This document shows positions 1 to 12,034 of a DNA stretch of 64,000 nt, in pieces. The stretch's first letter is position 1. The number at the start of each line of letters is the position of its first letter. Both the position numbers and the translations under genes were made by a program. Source of the DNA: Negaprion brevirostris (lineage: Eukaryota); contig JARDVH010000031.1 in the NCBI GenBank assembly GCA_030324005.1, positions 43,808,124-43,872,123 on the forward strand, read 5' to 3'. The notes under the pieces are model-generated. The model did not search any database, was not told where the DNA came from, and was given only the letters and a program-made list of their open reading frames with translations.

Positions 1-1330
1 CTCAACTGCCTCACACTCCCTCAACTTCCCCCTTGCCCCCTCAACTTCCCCTGCACTCCACCCACAGTCAAGTCCTCCTACATTCCACCTGTACTACACT
101 CCATCTACACTTCCTCAACTCCACCTACACTCCACTTACACTGTCTCAATTCTCCTACTTTCTGTCTACATTCACTCAACTCCCCCTACACTCCCTCAAC
201 TCCTCTACACTCAATCTACATTTCCTCAACATCCTCCACACTCCATCAGCAATCCCTCAACTGCATCAATGCCCTCCATACTTCCCCTGCACTCCCTCCA
301 CACTTCTTAACTGCCTCAACACCTCTTAAACCCTCTCTATGCTCCCTCCAGTCGTCTACACTTCCTCCACTCCCTCAACTGCCATTACACTCTATCTACA
401 CACTCTCCACACTCCCCCTACACTCCCTCCATTCCCTCAATTCCTCTACACTCCAACTGCCTCAACTTCCTCCACATTCCCTCAACAATCCCTCAACTGC
501 CTCAACTCCCTCCACAGCCTCCCTAGATTTCCTCCGTACCCCCTACACTCACTCCACACATTTACACTCCCCTATACTTGGTACACTGCCTCAGTTCCCT
601 ATGCTCCTTCTATNNNNNNNNNNNNNNNNNNNNNNNNNNNNNNNNNNNNNNNNNNNNNNNNNNNNNNNNNNNNNNNNNNNNNNNNNNNNNNNNNNNNNNN
701 NNNNNNNNNNNNNNNNNNNNNNNNNNNNNNNNNNNNNNNNNNNNNNNNNNNNCCCTCAACTCCTCCACACCCCCTACACTCTCTCCACTCCTCCTACACG
801 CCCTCTAAGCTCCTCCGCAGCCTCAACTCCTCAGCATTCCCTCAACACTCCCTCCACTGCTTCAACTCTCCCTCCACAATCCCTCCACTGCCTCGAATCC
901 TCCACACTCCCTCTACATCCCTCCACTCCTCTACACTCCCTCAACACCTTCACACCCCTACACTCTCTCTACACTCCCTGCCCTCTCACCACTCCTTTAC
1001 ACTCCCTCAACACTCCCTCATCCCCTCCACATTCTCCCTACACTCCCTCAACTCCTCTTACACTCCCTCAACTCTTCCACACTGCCTCAACCCCTCCACA
1101 CTGCCTCTACACTCCCTCAATGCCTCCACACTCCCTCTACATTCCCTCAACCCCTCCACACTCCCTCTACATTCCCTCAACCCCGTCACACTCCCTCAAC
1201 CCCTCCACACTCCCTCTACACTTTGTCAACTCCTCCACACTCCCTGTCCACTGTCTCCACTGCCTCAACTCCTCCACACACCCTCCGCTGCCTCAACATC
1301 ACCCCCTACCACCCCCCCGCAAAAAATCCC
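1..1330. repeat. C-rich low-complexity degenerate tandem repeat (CCCTCAAC / CTACACT / CTCCACAC motifs), containing a 138-N gap
   Basis: Plus strand almost lacks G; short motifs such as tccctcaac, ctacactccc and ctccacac recur throughout; the ORFs here are P/L/H/S/T-biased artefacts. Confidence 0.9.
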
Positions 1331-4300
1331 TCCACAGCAAAGGCTCTGGCTCACATCCTAATCAGACTAATGCGAAGCCTTTCTTTGCCAACATTATAAC
1401 GTCCGTGCTTTTATGACCTGAACTGAGACATTTTGTGATCAGTTTAGAATGACTCATACCTGCCACACACGATTGCGCCTAACTAGTTTTGTAAGTATCC
1501 GCAGCTGTTGCCAAAAATGTTATGGTTTTAATGTCATGATGTTACAGTATTGGTAGCTGCTGTAAGATGTTATTTTTTTAATTTTACGCCTCAAGGATAC
1601 ACTTCTTTATTGCATTAAAGATCTGACATAGAAGCAACTTATTGCATTAACTTCACCATCTTAAAAGCAACCACTTCAGAGAGTAACTTGTTGATTTCAT
1701 AATGTTGGAGATGAGTTTGGGGGTAGAAATGGAGGTAGTGAATGATAATGTATCGAGTGAGAAATTAACGGAGCTTGGTCATAATGTAAACATGTTGCAG
1801 ATGGTACAAGAATTTGATGTAGAAAGAAACTGGAACCAATCTGATATTTTTAATGACCTATATTGAAANNNNNNNNNNNNNNNNNNNNNNNNNNNNNNNN
1901 NNNNNNNNNNNNNNNNNNNNNNNNNNNNNNNNNNNNNNNNNNNNNNNNNNNNNNNNNNNNNNNNNNNNATTGAAATAGACTCCAGGAGAAACATTTCCGG
2001 AGGCTTTCCTTTGCTCAAAACTGAATTAGAACGGAGGGGGAGGGGGGAATAATACAATAGATAATAAGATAACGGTAAAGCTAGCAAGCGGCCCAACTGT
2101 TACAACTGTGTTACTGTACCATCATTATTAGGACTAATATAAACATGCAATTTACAACAAAATCAAAGCATGTGAGCTATAATATAGAAAAGTCTGTTGA
2201 ACGCTGTACTCACTTAAAAGGTATTTACTGTAATTATTAACAAGATATCGCTTGTGAGGCAGCGAAACTGCATCTACCACTGAAGTGAAACGGTGAAAGA
2301 GCACGCGTGCATATGCAGCAGTTAGTGATTCATTTGATTAAATGCCAGTCTCAAGAGCCCTGATAAACAGCTGAAGGCGCCTCCTATTAGCATAACTCTG
2401 ATACTTAATTTTCATACGCATAATTAGCCATATATTTAACACCAATTGCAACATCCAATCCTTTCATCGTTAAACAAGTGAGCCTAAACCATAGCAGAGA
2501 GATGCCTGTATGCGGGGCACCAGATTAAAAATATCATGCAGCATATCGGTAATGTACGGAGGTTTTTGTATGCCACATGCGACCCGAGAATGATATGAAA
2601 TATCTAGATAAGCATACTNNNNNNNNNNNNNNNNNNNNNNNNNNNNNNNNNNNNNNNNNNNNNNNNNNNNNNNNNNNNNNNNNNNNNNNNNNNNNNNNNN
2701 NNNNNNNNNNNNNNNNNNNNNNNNNNNNNNNNNNNNNNNNNNNNNNNNNNNNNNNNNNNNNNNNNNNNNNNNNNNNNNNNNNNNNNNNNNNNNNNNNNNN
2801 NNNNNNNNNNNNNNNNNNNNNNNNNNNNNNNNNNNNNNNNNNNNNNNNNNNNNNNNNNNNNNNNNNNNNNNNNNNNNNNNNNNNNNNNNNNNNNNNNNNN
2901 NNNNNNNNNNNNNNNNNNNNNNNNNNNNNNNNNNNNNNNNNNNNNNNNNNNNNNNNNNNNNNNNNNNNNNNNNNNNNNNNNNNNNNNNNNNNNNNNNNNN
3001 NNNNNNNNNNNNNNNNNNNNNNNNNNNNNNNNNNNNNNNNNNNNNNNNNNNNNNNNNNNNNNNNNNNNNNNNNNNNNNNNNNNNNNNNNNNNNNNNNNNN
3101 NNNNNNNNNNNNNNNNNNNNNNNNNNNNNNNNNAGGAGCGAATTCTTAAGAATTGCTGCAAGACAGAATTCCCAGTAAAAAATGTGCTTTCACCAAGTCA
3201 GCAAATAACCCGGTTACATTTATATTTCTGCAACGCAAGCTGAGATGTACGCACATCCGCAATTATCGATGAGGCATTTTGGTTCTGTAATCATAACTGG
3301 AAATCATAACTGGAAGCCGTCTTTACAAAAGTTCAGAATTCGGAAGAGATGCATGTTTCCGTCTGATTAATTAAAATAAAATCTTTTAGCATTTTATTAA
3401 GAAGGTCGTGGAGAGAAATGACACAACTTCTCAGTAACCCTCAAGTCATTGCCTTGCTGTTGTACTACTGTTTCAGAAGGTTCTGCGAATTCAGATTTTT
3501 TTTTACTGTCCCGCTGTTATTAAATTTTCCCCACAGGATCAGCAAGTGAAAGCTCTTTCTCGTACCAACCCATTGCTTCACCTAACGTCACCACCGCAGT
3601 AAAACAACTGAAGAATTGACCGTGAAAATTTATATGTCAGCTGCACAATAATGCCCGGCCCTGAATGAAATATTTAATTACAATCAACTGTTTAGGTCTA
3701 TTCTGTCTTTTGAGTAAGTCTGTCCGTGGCCAAGCCAATTAAGCACTAAAATTGCGGCTCCACAAATTGATATGCATATTTATGCATGTGTTAGGTTCAT
3801 AAAAATATTTGTACTGCAGGCATGTTCAACATCTCTCGCTGCCAATGAAGCTTATTAGTGTGTGTTTTGTTTACAGAAACGAGTGACGTGCAAAAGATAT
3901 CCATTTAAGAGTTCACAGGCCAAAAAAATCATATTTCCCAAACTTATGCTTTAGCTGCAGAAGCATCATATTTTTATGAGCTTTGAACACTGTTTCTGAG
4001 CTTAAGAGGAAGTCTAGTTAAACCACGTGTAATATACAATTAAAACACTTCATTTCAAATATATCCGATTCAACAAATGGTTCAGCAATGTTACATTAAA
4101 CTACTTATCTTAATATTATTTAAGATATAGCAAATTACTCAATTTTAGAAGCATATTGTATATTCATTGAATTACAACTCTTACAACTATTTACTTCGAA
4201 CAAAAAGGACGGAGGGGAAACAAATCAAGTGATTTCGATAATAGCTAGAATCTGATTGCATTTCTCTGAGTGAAGAATTCGGCACAAATATACTTTCCGA

Positions 4301-5134
4301 GTGGAATCGCGAAGATCTGTCTGTGAATCCATCGGCAGCTAAAACAGAAAGATTTCAGCACCTGTTTCGGGTGAAACTTATACCACGAACAGTTCAGTTG
4401 TCGATTTGGTTCAATTCCTCTAATATTTAAAATGAACAGAGACGTTTTTATCTAAAGATCTTGTAAACAGGCAGAATTAATCTGCTCTGAAATTCACTCG
4501 GGGCTAACGTGACAATCTTACTTAATTCTTCCGACGTGTGTGTGATTGTGTCCAGATGCCACACGAATTCCATCAGCACCGAGACCCATTTCCCCAAGTT
4601 TTTTTAAAACGGATAAAAATCTACAGCGCAACAAATCCATACATTCGAATATGTATTGATCCATCATCGTTGTTTTGGGTTTCTCGTTCCGTGTGAAAAC
4701 TGACCGATTCAAGTCTGACCACAATTGTTTGCAAAGTCACTTGTAAAACGAGGGCTGTTAATCACAGTGCTGCTTTAATAGCATCAAAAGTATGTTCAAT
4801 ACAGGATCCGCGTGTAATATTTTAACTTGTTTGCATAAGCACATGCGTTCCAAAGAAAACTGCCAGTCCAACTTGGGAATAAATATATTTCTTATAAAAC
4901 TGTAATTAACAACACAACACCACGTTACGTATGATCTTTATCAGTCAGCGTGTTTAAAAACACCTACACGTAAGCTATGACTATCCTCAAGTGCGTTACC
5001 ATAATTAATGAATTAATTACATGCACAATTAAAGTGACAAATCTCGTTTCTGCATTTCTATGCTTTCACGACATTCAACCCACTTATAAAAAGGTTTCAT
5101 ATTAAGAACCAGGGCCCGGTAAGAACCAGGATCC

Positions 5135-5368
5135 AGAGGCCGCAGCTGGAGTACTGTGTGCAGTTTTGGTCGCCGCACTTACGCAAGGATATTTTGGCCT
5201 TGGAGGGAGTGCNNNNNNNNNNNNNNNNNNNNNNNNNNNNNNNNNNNNNNNNNNNNNNNNNNNNNNNNNNNNNNNNNNNNNNNNNNNNNNNNNNNNNNNN
5301 NNNNNNNNNNNNAATGGCGGGGCAGGCTCGAAGGGCTGGATGGCCTACTCCTGCTCCTATTCCTTATT
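5135..5368 (+). mobile_element. CR1-type LINE 3' fragment (with 100-N gap)
   Basis: Encodes RPQLEYCVQFWSPHLRKDILALEGV (CR1 ORF2 C-terminus); tail ggcaggctcgaagggctggatggcctactcctgctcctatt is nearly identical to the copy at 62150-62215. Confidence 0.85.
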
Positions 5369-7395
5369 GTCTTAAAACATTCTTTGGTTTGATCAACTTG
5401 ATTTGTTTTTCCGATAAATAAAAACTGACGGCAATCAGAATTGAAAACAAAATGGTGTAAACTTTCAACAATTTTAACCCGTGAGAGAGAACATGTAAAC
5501 AAATTGAGACCCTGTATGTGTGACGAGGGAACCCAGCCAAATAATTCTAAGTAATCGATTATTATTTTCTTGCTGGGTCTGGTTACAGTTCTGTCTGTCT
5601 TTTCGCCCTTTCCAGTTTAATGCTGGGAGTTTCACACTTAAATCTCTTCATATGAAAGCTTTCCCTCTTGCAGTGACCATTTATTTTACTTAGTCTTACT
5701 GTAAATGATACTGTGCGTTTTTTCAGCTTTGTTTGGCAACTTATTTTCAGTAGATAGGATTCTACAAAATTAAACGCGCAATATCCATACAATGTGGTGC
5801 ATTAGATATTACACAGATGCCCTTTACAGGTTTACAATATGTCCCGATAGGACAGATTGGGGTTATAATAGGCTAATACCTCTATGTCGCAACAGGGCTC
5901 GGTGACAAGATTCACCTTCATCTAGGAAATAAAAGAGAAGCCAGTGTCCGCTGGCTGAGCAAAATAGGAACAAGTGGTTACCAAGCGTCAGCTCCAGATA
6001 TATCAATGAAGTGATAGGTCTTTAAATGATTCTAGATTGCATATTAATTTAGAAATATAGCTAAGGTAGAAAATTTCAACAGTCGTGGTTAAGGCATGAA
6101 CGATCCCTGACATGCAGTAGTTAATTCAGTTTTTGTGCAGTTTTACAAAAAAAACCCAGAAAATTGCAGAAACAAAGTAATCCATGACCTTATCTCGAAT
6201 GAGAAAATGTACTTTCCGATTCTAAAGGAGTTGGCAATGATCGTACATTTACCGAGAACGTGACGACCCCACTATGAGGGGGAATGGTCAAGCCCGATAG
6301 ATAACTGGGGGAGTTACATTGATTAATCTGTTTCATTACAAAATGTAACGCATGGCGATGATATTATAAAAATACAGTTTCGCATTTTAATTTATCCAAT
6401 CACATAGCTTTTGATACCTGTCGTCTGCGTATTCATAACTAATTATATCACAGTTCATCGCTAATCAATGTTTTAATGGACAATTTGAAAGCCTAACGAT
6501 TTCTCCTGCCCTTTCCCTGTAATGTATAGACTGAAAACCCACCAGTTTGGATGAGATAAACAATTCCTGTCGTCATCAGCTTAATTACAGATTTCCCAAT
6601 GTTCAGAACAAAGTGAAAATTATCAGTGCAATTGGAAAACCGCACCCAACTTACAAACATGGTTGGAGCGTTAAAAGCGCGTGACATGTACTGTCTGGAA
6701 ACAGGGGGCTTTAAATTAATTCTATTAATTATTACGATTATCTGATGACGATGATACCACACATTTGACCACCATATATTCACACAAACTTTTCAACCAG
6801 TCAGTCCCGGGGCCATTGAACACCGACATCCATCATGTTTAACAACAATGGGTTAAAGATATTCTGATTAGATCAAATGCTCTTTCTTTAGACTCGGCGC
6901 TTTATAGCAATTCACATTTTAGTTGGTAATGGTTTGATTTGTTGTCGAAGTAGTTAATTCCACGTGGATATAACACATGGTTAATAATGTGCTTCACAAT
7001 CTGTAAATGAAGCGGGGTTAAAGTTGCCTTTCACAGCGTTTTTTATTGGTTTGTCTATTGGTTATGAAGATGCCGCCTTTCAGCAGCTGCCTTCCGCTTA
7101 CATTGTTTAAAGTCAAATTCAACTCAGTCCTTCATTTAAACGTCCGCAGAAGTTGCACCTTTTAAAAAAAAACAGCTTTTAAACACAATCTACAATAGGC
7201 GGCTATGCAACGCCCTGCCGATAATTCAAACTGTTTCATACTGTTCCTTCAAACCCATCAGCAAACGAATGGAAGCCGATCCATCTCCACACGTACGTAA
7301 CATATACACAAGCTCGATGGAGTATTTCCCATTTCTCGACCAGCTGCAATTCTGGCACCAAATGCACATAACACAACATCATTATTTTCATAACA

Positions 7396-7401
7396 TTTAT
7401 T
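7396..7401 (-). promoter_or_regulatory. Candidate METAP1D polyadenylation signal AATAAA
   Basis: First AATAAA on the minus strand after the stop (~210 nt downstream), followed ~20-35 nt later by a GU-rich tract (gttgtgttatgtg). An alternative AATAAA lies at 7042-7047. Confidence 0.55.
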
Positions 7402-7612
7402 AAGACCTCGCAGTAAACACGGTATGTCAGAAACGCTCTAAATGGAAGAAGTAGCCAATTCCAATGCGACAAATTTCCTTCGGTCAATTTCGACCTTACT
7501 CCAATGAACGGAGCGTCCATCAGCAGCGTTAACAACTGAGCGGTCTTGAAATATACTCTGGACAGAAAGTCTTTTTAATGCGCTGTCTGCAGCAAGTCCC
7601 CGATTTTCCAGT

Positions 7613-7697
7613 TTACCCTTGATCTTCCTCTGGCAACTTGGTTAGGATTTCTGCTCCTTTTGATGTAATTGCAATAGTATGTTCGAACTGCGCGGAT
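7613..7697 (-). CDS. METAP1D: METAP1D last coding exon: (R)SAQFEHTIAITSKGAEILTKLPEEDQG*
   Basis: Acceptor ttttcAG at 7699-7698; SAQFEHT metal-ligand motif of type I methionine aminopeptidases; matches the recalled human C-terminus RSAQFEHTVLITSRGAQILTKLP; TAA stop at 7615-7613; phase matches the previous exon. Confidence 0.96.
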
Positions 7698-7846
7698 CTG
7701 AAAAGATAAGAATTTAATTTATAAAAATGTACCACTTGGGGAATAATGCAGCAAATATATTGAAAAGACGATTAATAGTAGGAAATATTGGTAGGGTAAA
7801 ACATAATTCCTAAAAATAAAACAAACTACAAAATAATTATCAGCAC

Positions 7847-7925
7847 CGAAGGTTATCAGCAGATACTGCCGTCCACCCGTCCTGTAAAATTCTGAATTCT
7901 GGGGANNNNNNNNNNNGAATTGGTT
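7847..7925 (-). CDS. METAP1D: METAP1D penultimate exon (79 nt): EPIxxxxSPEFRILQDGWTAVSADNLR
   Basis: AG acceptor at 7927-7926, GT donor at 7846-7845; homologous to human EPIITEGSPEFKVLEDAWTVVSLDNQR; contains 11 N but keeps frame. Confidence 0.94.
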
Positions 7926-8504
7926 CTAGAATTAAAATGAAACATACAAGAGAGTTAGACATCTGTCACAGGAAATGGGCACTGATGCCAAATGCATTTT
8001 CTTTCATGATTACTTAAGCAGCATAACAAAGTAAAAATGTATCTGGAAGGTTAAAAGATAACATTAGTGGCAAATTTGGATATTTTAAAATAGTATCCCT
8101 GGGAAGTAGGACTGAAAGACTTTTTTTCAAGTGTAAAGTTAAAATAAACGTGAGCAAAAACTTAGTTTTTAAGACCTGAGAAATGTTTTGTATAATCTGC
8201 AAATCAGGGTTTCAGAGATAAAGTATTGGGGTTGTTCAAAATACATTACACAAATTGTTTTATATTCATTGAATAGTTTATTAAAAGATTTAGCACCAAT
8301 TTCAAAACTTTACACCAATGTTGTGGTTACATAAATCAATGTAAAGTAGTTCTCTTAGCTGCCTTTATGTCAGAATGTTGACTCTATTTCATGCTGTGTC
8401 ACCCACATTATAATGGTTAATGGTGATATACTGCAGTATTGTGATCTTAGCTCAGCCAAACCAGTTAAACTGCCAGGCATCAATGTTTAAAATATAGTTG
8501 TATG

Positions 8505-8822
8505 CTTGTATGGGAAAGGAACAGGAATAGGCTATTCAGCCCCTCAAACCTGTCCTGCCATTCAATTAGGAAACTATGCCTACCTGCCATGGTTCTTAAC
8601 TCTTAATATACTCGGTGAACAAAAATCTATTTGCCTCAACTGTGCTTTGGAGGAAAGAGTTCAGGTTTCCACACCACCCTTGAACTCACTAGCTCTAATG
8701 TTAAGGTTATGTCTCCTTGTTTTGGACTTTTCCAGCAGAGGAAATGGTTTCTATCTACTCTATCAACTCCTTTGATCTTCTTAATCACCCCAATTAGATC
8801 ACCCCTTATTCTCCTATACTCA
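8505..8822 (-). mobile_element. CR1 LINE 3' fragment
   Basis: Reverse complement of the CR1 tail (gaatggcaggacaggtttgaggggctgaatagcctattcctgttcc) followed by decayed ORF2 end. Confidence 0.7.
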
Positions 8823-9304
8823 ATGGATGAATTTCAATGGATTAAAAGGCTTTTCTCATCCTTCACTTATGATCTTCTGAAAAATTTTACTAATGACATG
8901 TAAACATTGCTATTTTTCAATAAAGTGAATGAAAGCAGGGGGAAAAACATTAAACTACACATTAAAGTCTACAGGGTATAGTAATCACAAAGTATTTTAT
9001 TCCACAAAAATGCACTGACAAAATAAAACTGATTTACTCCATAATACTTATCAGCAAATGAACTTTTAACAAATGTAAAATAAAATGCAATTGAAAAAAG
9101 TCAAGATTAAAGTAATACTAAGGCAGAAAAAAACCATCATGCAACTTGAGGTAATTTAATGCAAATAGAGTTGTAGAGTTTAAATGGATTTATTTTCTCA
9201 GAAAAAAATAATGCAATTTTGCTTTTCTAGATTCCTGCACCAACTGGCTATTGGAAATGCATTTTATGCAGTGACAGTTATCAGGTAGTGATGACAATAT
9301 TTAC

Positions 9305-9352
9305 CTATCGTAAACGTCATTCCCTCTTCCATCACCAGGTCATTGGTATTAG
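9305..9352 (-). CDS. METAP1D: METAP1D exon (48 nt): (A)NTNDLVMEEGMTFTI(E)
   Basis: aacAG acceptor and GTAAAT donor; homologous to human ANDSDLPMEEGMAFTIE; phases 1/1 fit both neighbours. Confidence 0.95.
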
Positions 9353-10269
9353 CTGTTACAATGGCAGAAACAAAGTTTGTAGTTACTTGTGCTGCTTATC
9401 GCAGAGGTACATCAAGCCTAACAACTCAACATGACACAGTCTGCTGAAAGTTCTTCATGCATTATAGTGCAGTTATCTCAATGTCTCTCTATCCCTGCTG
9501 CTAAGTGAATCAAAACCTTTAATGAAAATTAAGGTCTATACAGGTAAATTTGCACTCAGTTGTGTGTGATTTAATACATTCACTGCATGTAACAACAATA
9601 AATCAAATCAAAAACATTTAACCTCCCATAACCTGAAATAACTGCAATGCTTAATTTTCAAATAAACAATTCAAAGGTTCATTTTTTGTTTGTTCTACAA
9701 AGCATCCCAGGACAAAGTACACAAATCCCATTAATAAGACATACTTGTCAAAAACTCAACTTTATTAATAGAAAATGCTGTATTCACATAGGATAAATAA
9801 ACTATTGCTTTTTCACTCCTCCTTTCCACTAATGAAATAACATTATTTGTAATTTTAAGCAACTGTACTTTAAAACTTTCTCATACAAGCCACATAGAAC
9901 CCTTTGTTTTGGCTCATGCTTTTTGTCCAATTTGCATTCAACATAAACTAAATGGCTTCACTTCAGCAAATATGTTCCTATTTAGAAAGTAACTGGATTG
10001 TTTTAAGGAAGTAGATGGTAAAGTCTATATTTCACAAACATTGACTTTTTTTTTAAGAGCTGAGACAATAATTCTAAAAGCAGGCCCAAATAAACCAGAT
10101 GATAGGTTGGTTTTAGTAATTATGCACTCCTTTTCATAAGGAGAGCATCAAATCCAAATGCACAAACCCAATTTTAACAATTAAATGCTATAAACAGTCA
10201 TCCATAAATATTTTTGTTAGGAGATCTAAAGCAAATTTTAAAATTACACGGATTCTACTGTTCAACGTA

Positions 10270-10525
10270 TTGTAAAAGAACCAGAAGGGGAATGAGGAGA
10301 AATTCCTTCATATAGCAATTTACAATCTGGGGTGTACTGTCTGAAGTGGTGGTGGAAACAGATTCAGTAATGTTCAAAATTTAATTAAATATATTTCAAA
10401 AGGATAAAATTACAGGGCTACGGGGAAAGAGCAGAGGAGTCAGACTAATTTGGCAGCTCCTATAAAGAGTTGGGTCAGAGCTGATGGGACAAATGGCCTC
10501 CTCCTCTGCTGTAAGAAGCTATATA
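10270..10525 (+). mobile_element. CR1/HER1-type LINE 3' end
   Basis: Tail tacagggctacggggaaagagcag...gatgggacaaatggcctcctcctctgctgtaa resembles the tails of the HE1-like SINEs in this window. Confidence 0.7.
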
Positions 10526-12034
10526 GATAAATGTGAAGCAGTTCTCTCAGCTAGCCTTACATCAGAAAGTTTATTCAATTTCATGCCGTGTTAAATGCAT
10601 TGTACTCAATGCACTCGGTCTACTGGTTTCCAGCTTGGGTCAACTAGGGATCACTGTGCAGGTACATGTAGCAGTGGAAATCATAAACATGACCTAGCTG
10701 ACAGCTGAACAGGTATAGGATTTTCTGGAATGTACCAGTTTGAGTTAGGTGATATGACCTGGGAGGTTGGTAAAGTCAATACAGTTGGGTGCCACTCTTC
10801 CACAGGTTAAGGAGGGATCTTCTAGCTTATATTCTGAGGCAAAATCAGTCAGGGTTCCTGCACCTGGTAACTGCCAACTAGCACATGCTTAGAGTGATTG
10901 TGTGCAGGCTTCACTTGAAAGCTCACCAAGGCTAAACTTCAACCCCTCTGCATTAAAACAGCCTGCCAAAATTAGAATACATTTGAATAAGTGGGTGAGG
11001 TAATGAAAGGTATCCCAGGTAAAGAACAGTATCCCAGCAAAGAGTTAATTCTTTTAGGAAAGAAGAGAGCAGAAAATTATCTGGAAAGTAAAAAGGCAAA
11101 TAACATGCAAGCCAATGAAAAGAAAAAAATATCAATAACAATTACAATAACGAGTTTCCAAATTCCTCTGGCTTTGTCTGGAAGAATAACAAACACTGAC
11201 ATAAATCAGCAGCAGAGTTTTCATCCAGAATGTCATCTTTTCTTGGCCTTTTGGCTAAGATCAAGCATAGCTTTAAGCAGGAGATCAAGTTTAGTACCTG
11301 TTCTTGTCAGCTTGGATCCAGTATGTCTTTTTTGTGGGGGCCAAATTTAATTTGAACTTGAATTGGTTTTTGGAGCAAGTAAGCAAGCAGATGGATTAAG
11401 GGATTGCACTGTCCACAGTGCGCATTGGCATTTTAATTCTGAGAAAAGAATAATTTTTTTAAAAAGTCATTTATTTTGTACATTCATTAACAAAACTTCC
11501 TGTCCTGATGAGCAACTTTTCTGTGGGGCTAGCTCCACACTATTAACACCTAATATCAGATGCTGGCCTTTTCAGAATGTGTTGAAATTCGACTTTTGGT
11601 AGCACTTTTCTGCAACAGGATGTTTTAATCTGGTTTTATTGGTTCTCAGCCAGCTGGGGACGGGGTTGGGTACAATTATGCATCTGCCAACAGCAACATT
11701 GTTTTCATGTCAANNNNNNNNNNCTGACTCACATCTGGGAGTAATGTCAGAGTGGACAGATGTAGTGAATGTGGTGTGTCAATGACAGGCGTTTCTAGGT
11801 TACATTAAAGCCTAGATACAGGAGCTCAACACAAACTCATAAAATATCAAACAAAGACAGGAAACAGTTAAATCCCAAATAGTTAGTTAAGGGCATAGAC
11901 AATGAGTTATGTAACACCACGTAACTGCACAGTAGCAGATCAAATGCAATGCAAATAAGTATAAAATATCTTACACTGTAAGAAAATGAGGAATATCTCC
12001 ACTCAATAAATAGTGATGAAATAGCTACAAGAAT

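Noticed and set aside
33-1416. Long ORFs (340 aa, 271 aa)
   Set aside because: Products of a G-poor low-complexity repeat plus an N gap; no domain signal.
2577-3161. ORFs of 185-190 aa (also 48230-48941)
   Set aside because: Almost entirely N; open only because gaps contain no stops.
1-7600. DLX1 coding exons
   Set aside because: No homeodomain-encoding sequence found; DLX1 is only inferred from synteny to lie outside the window.
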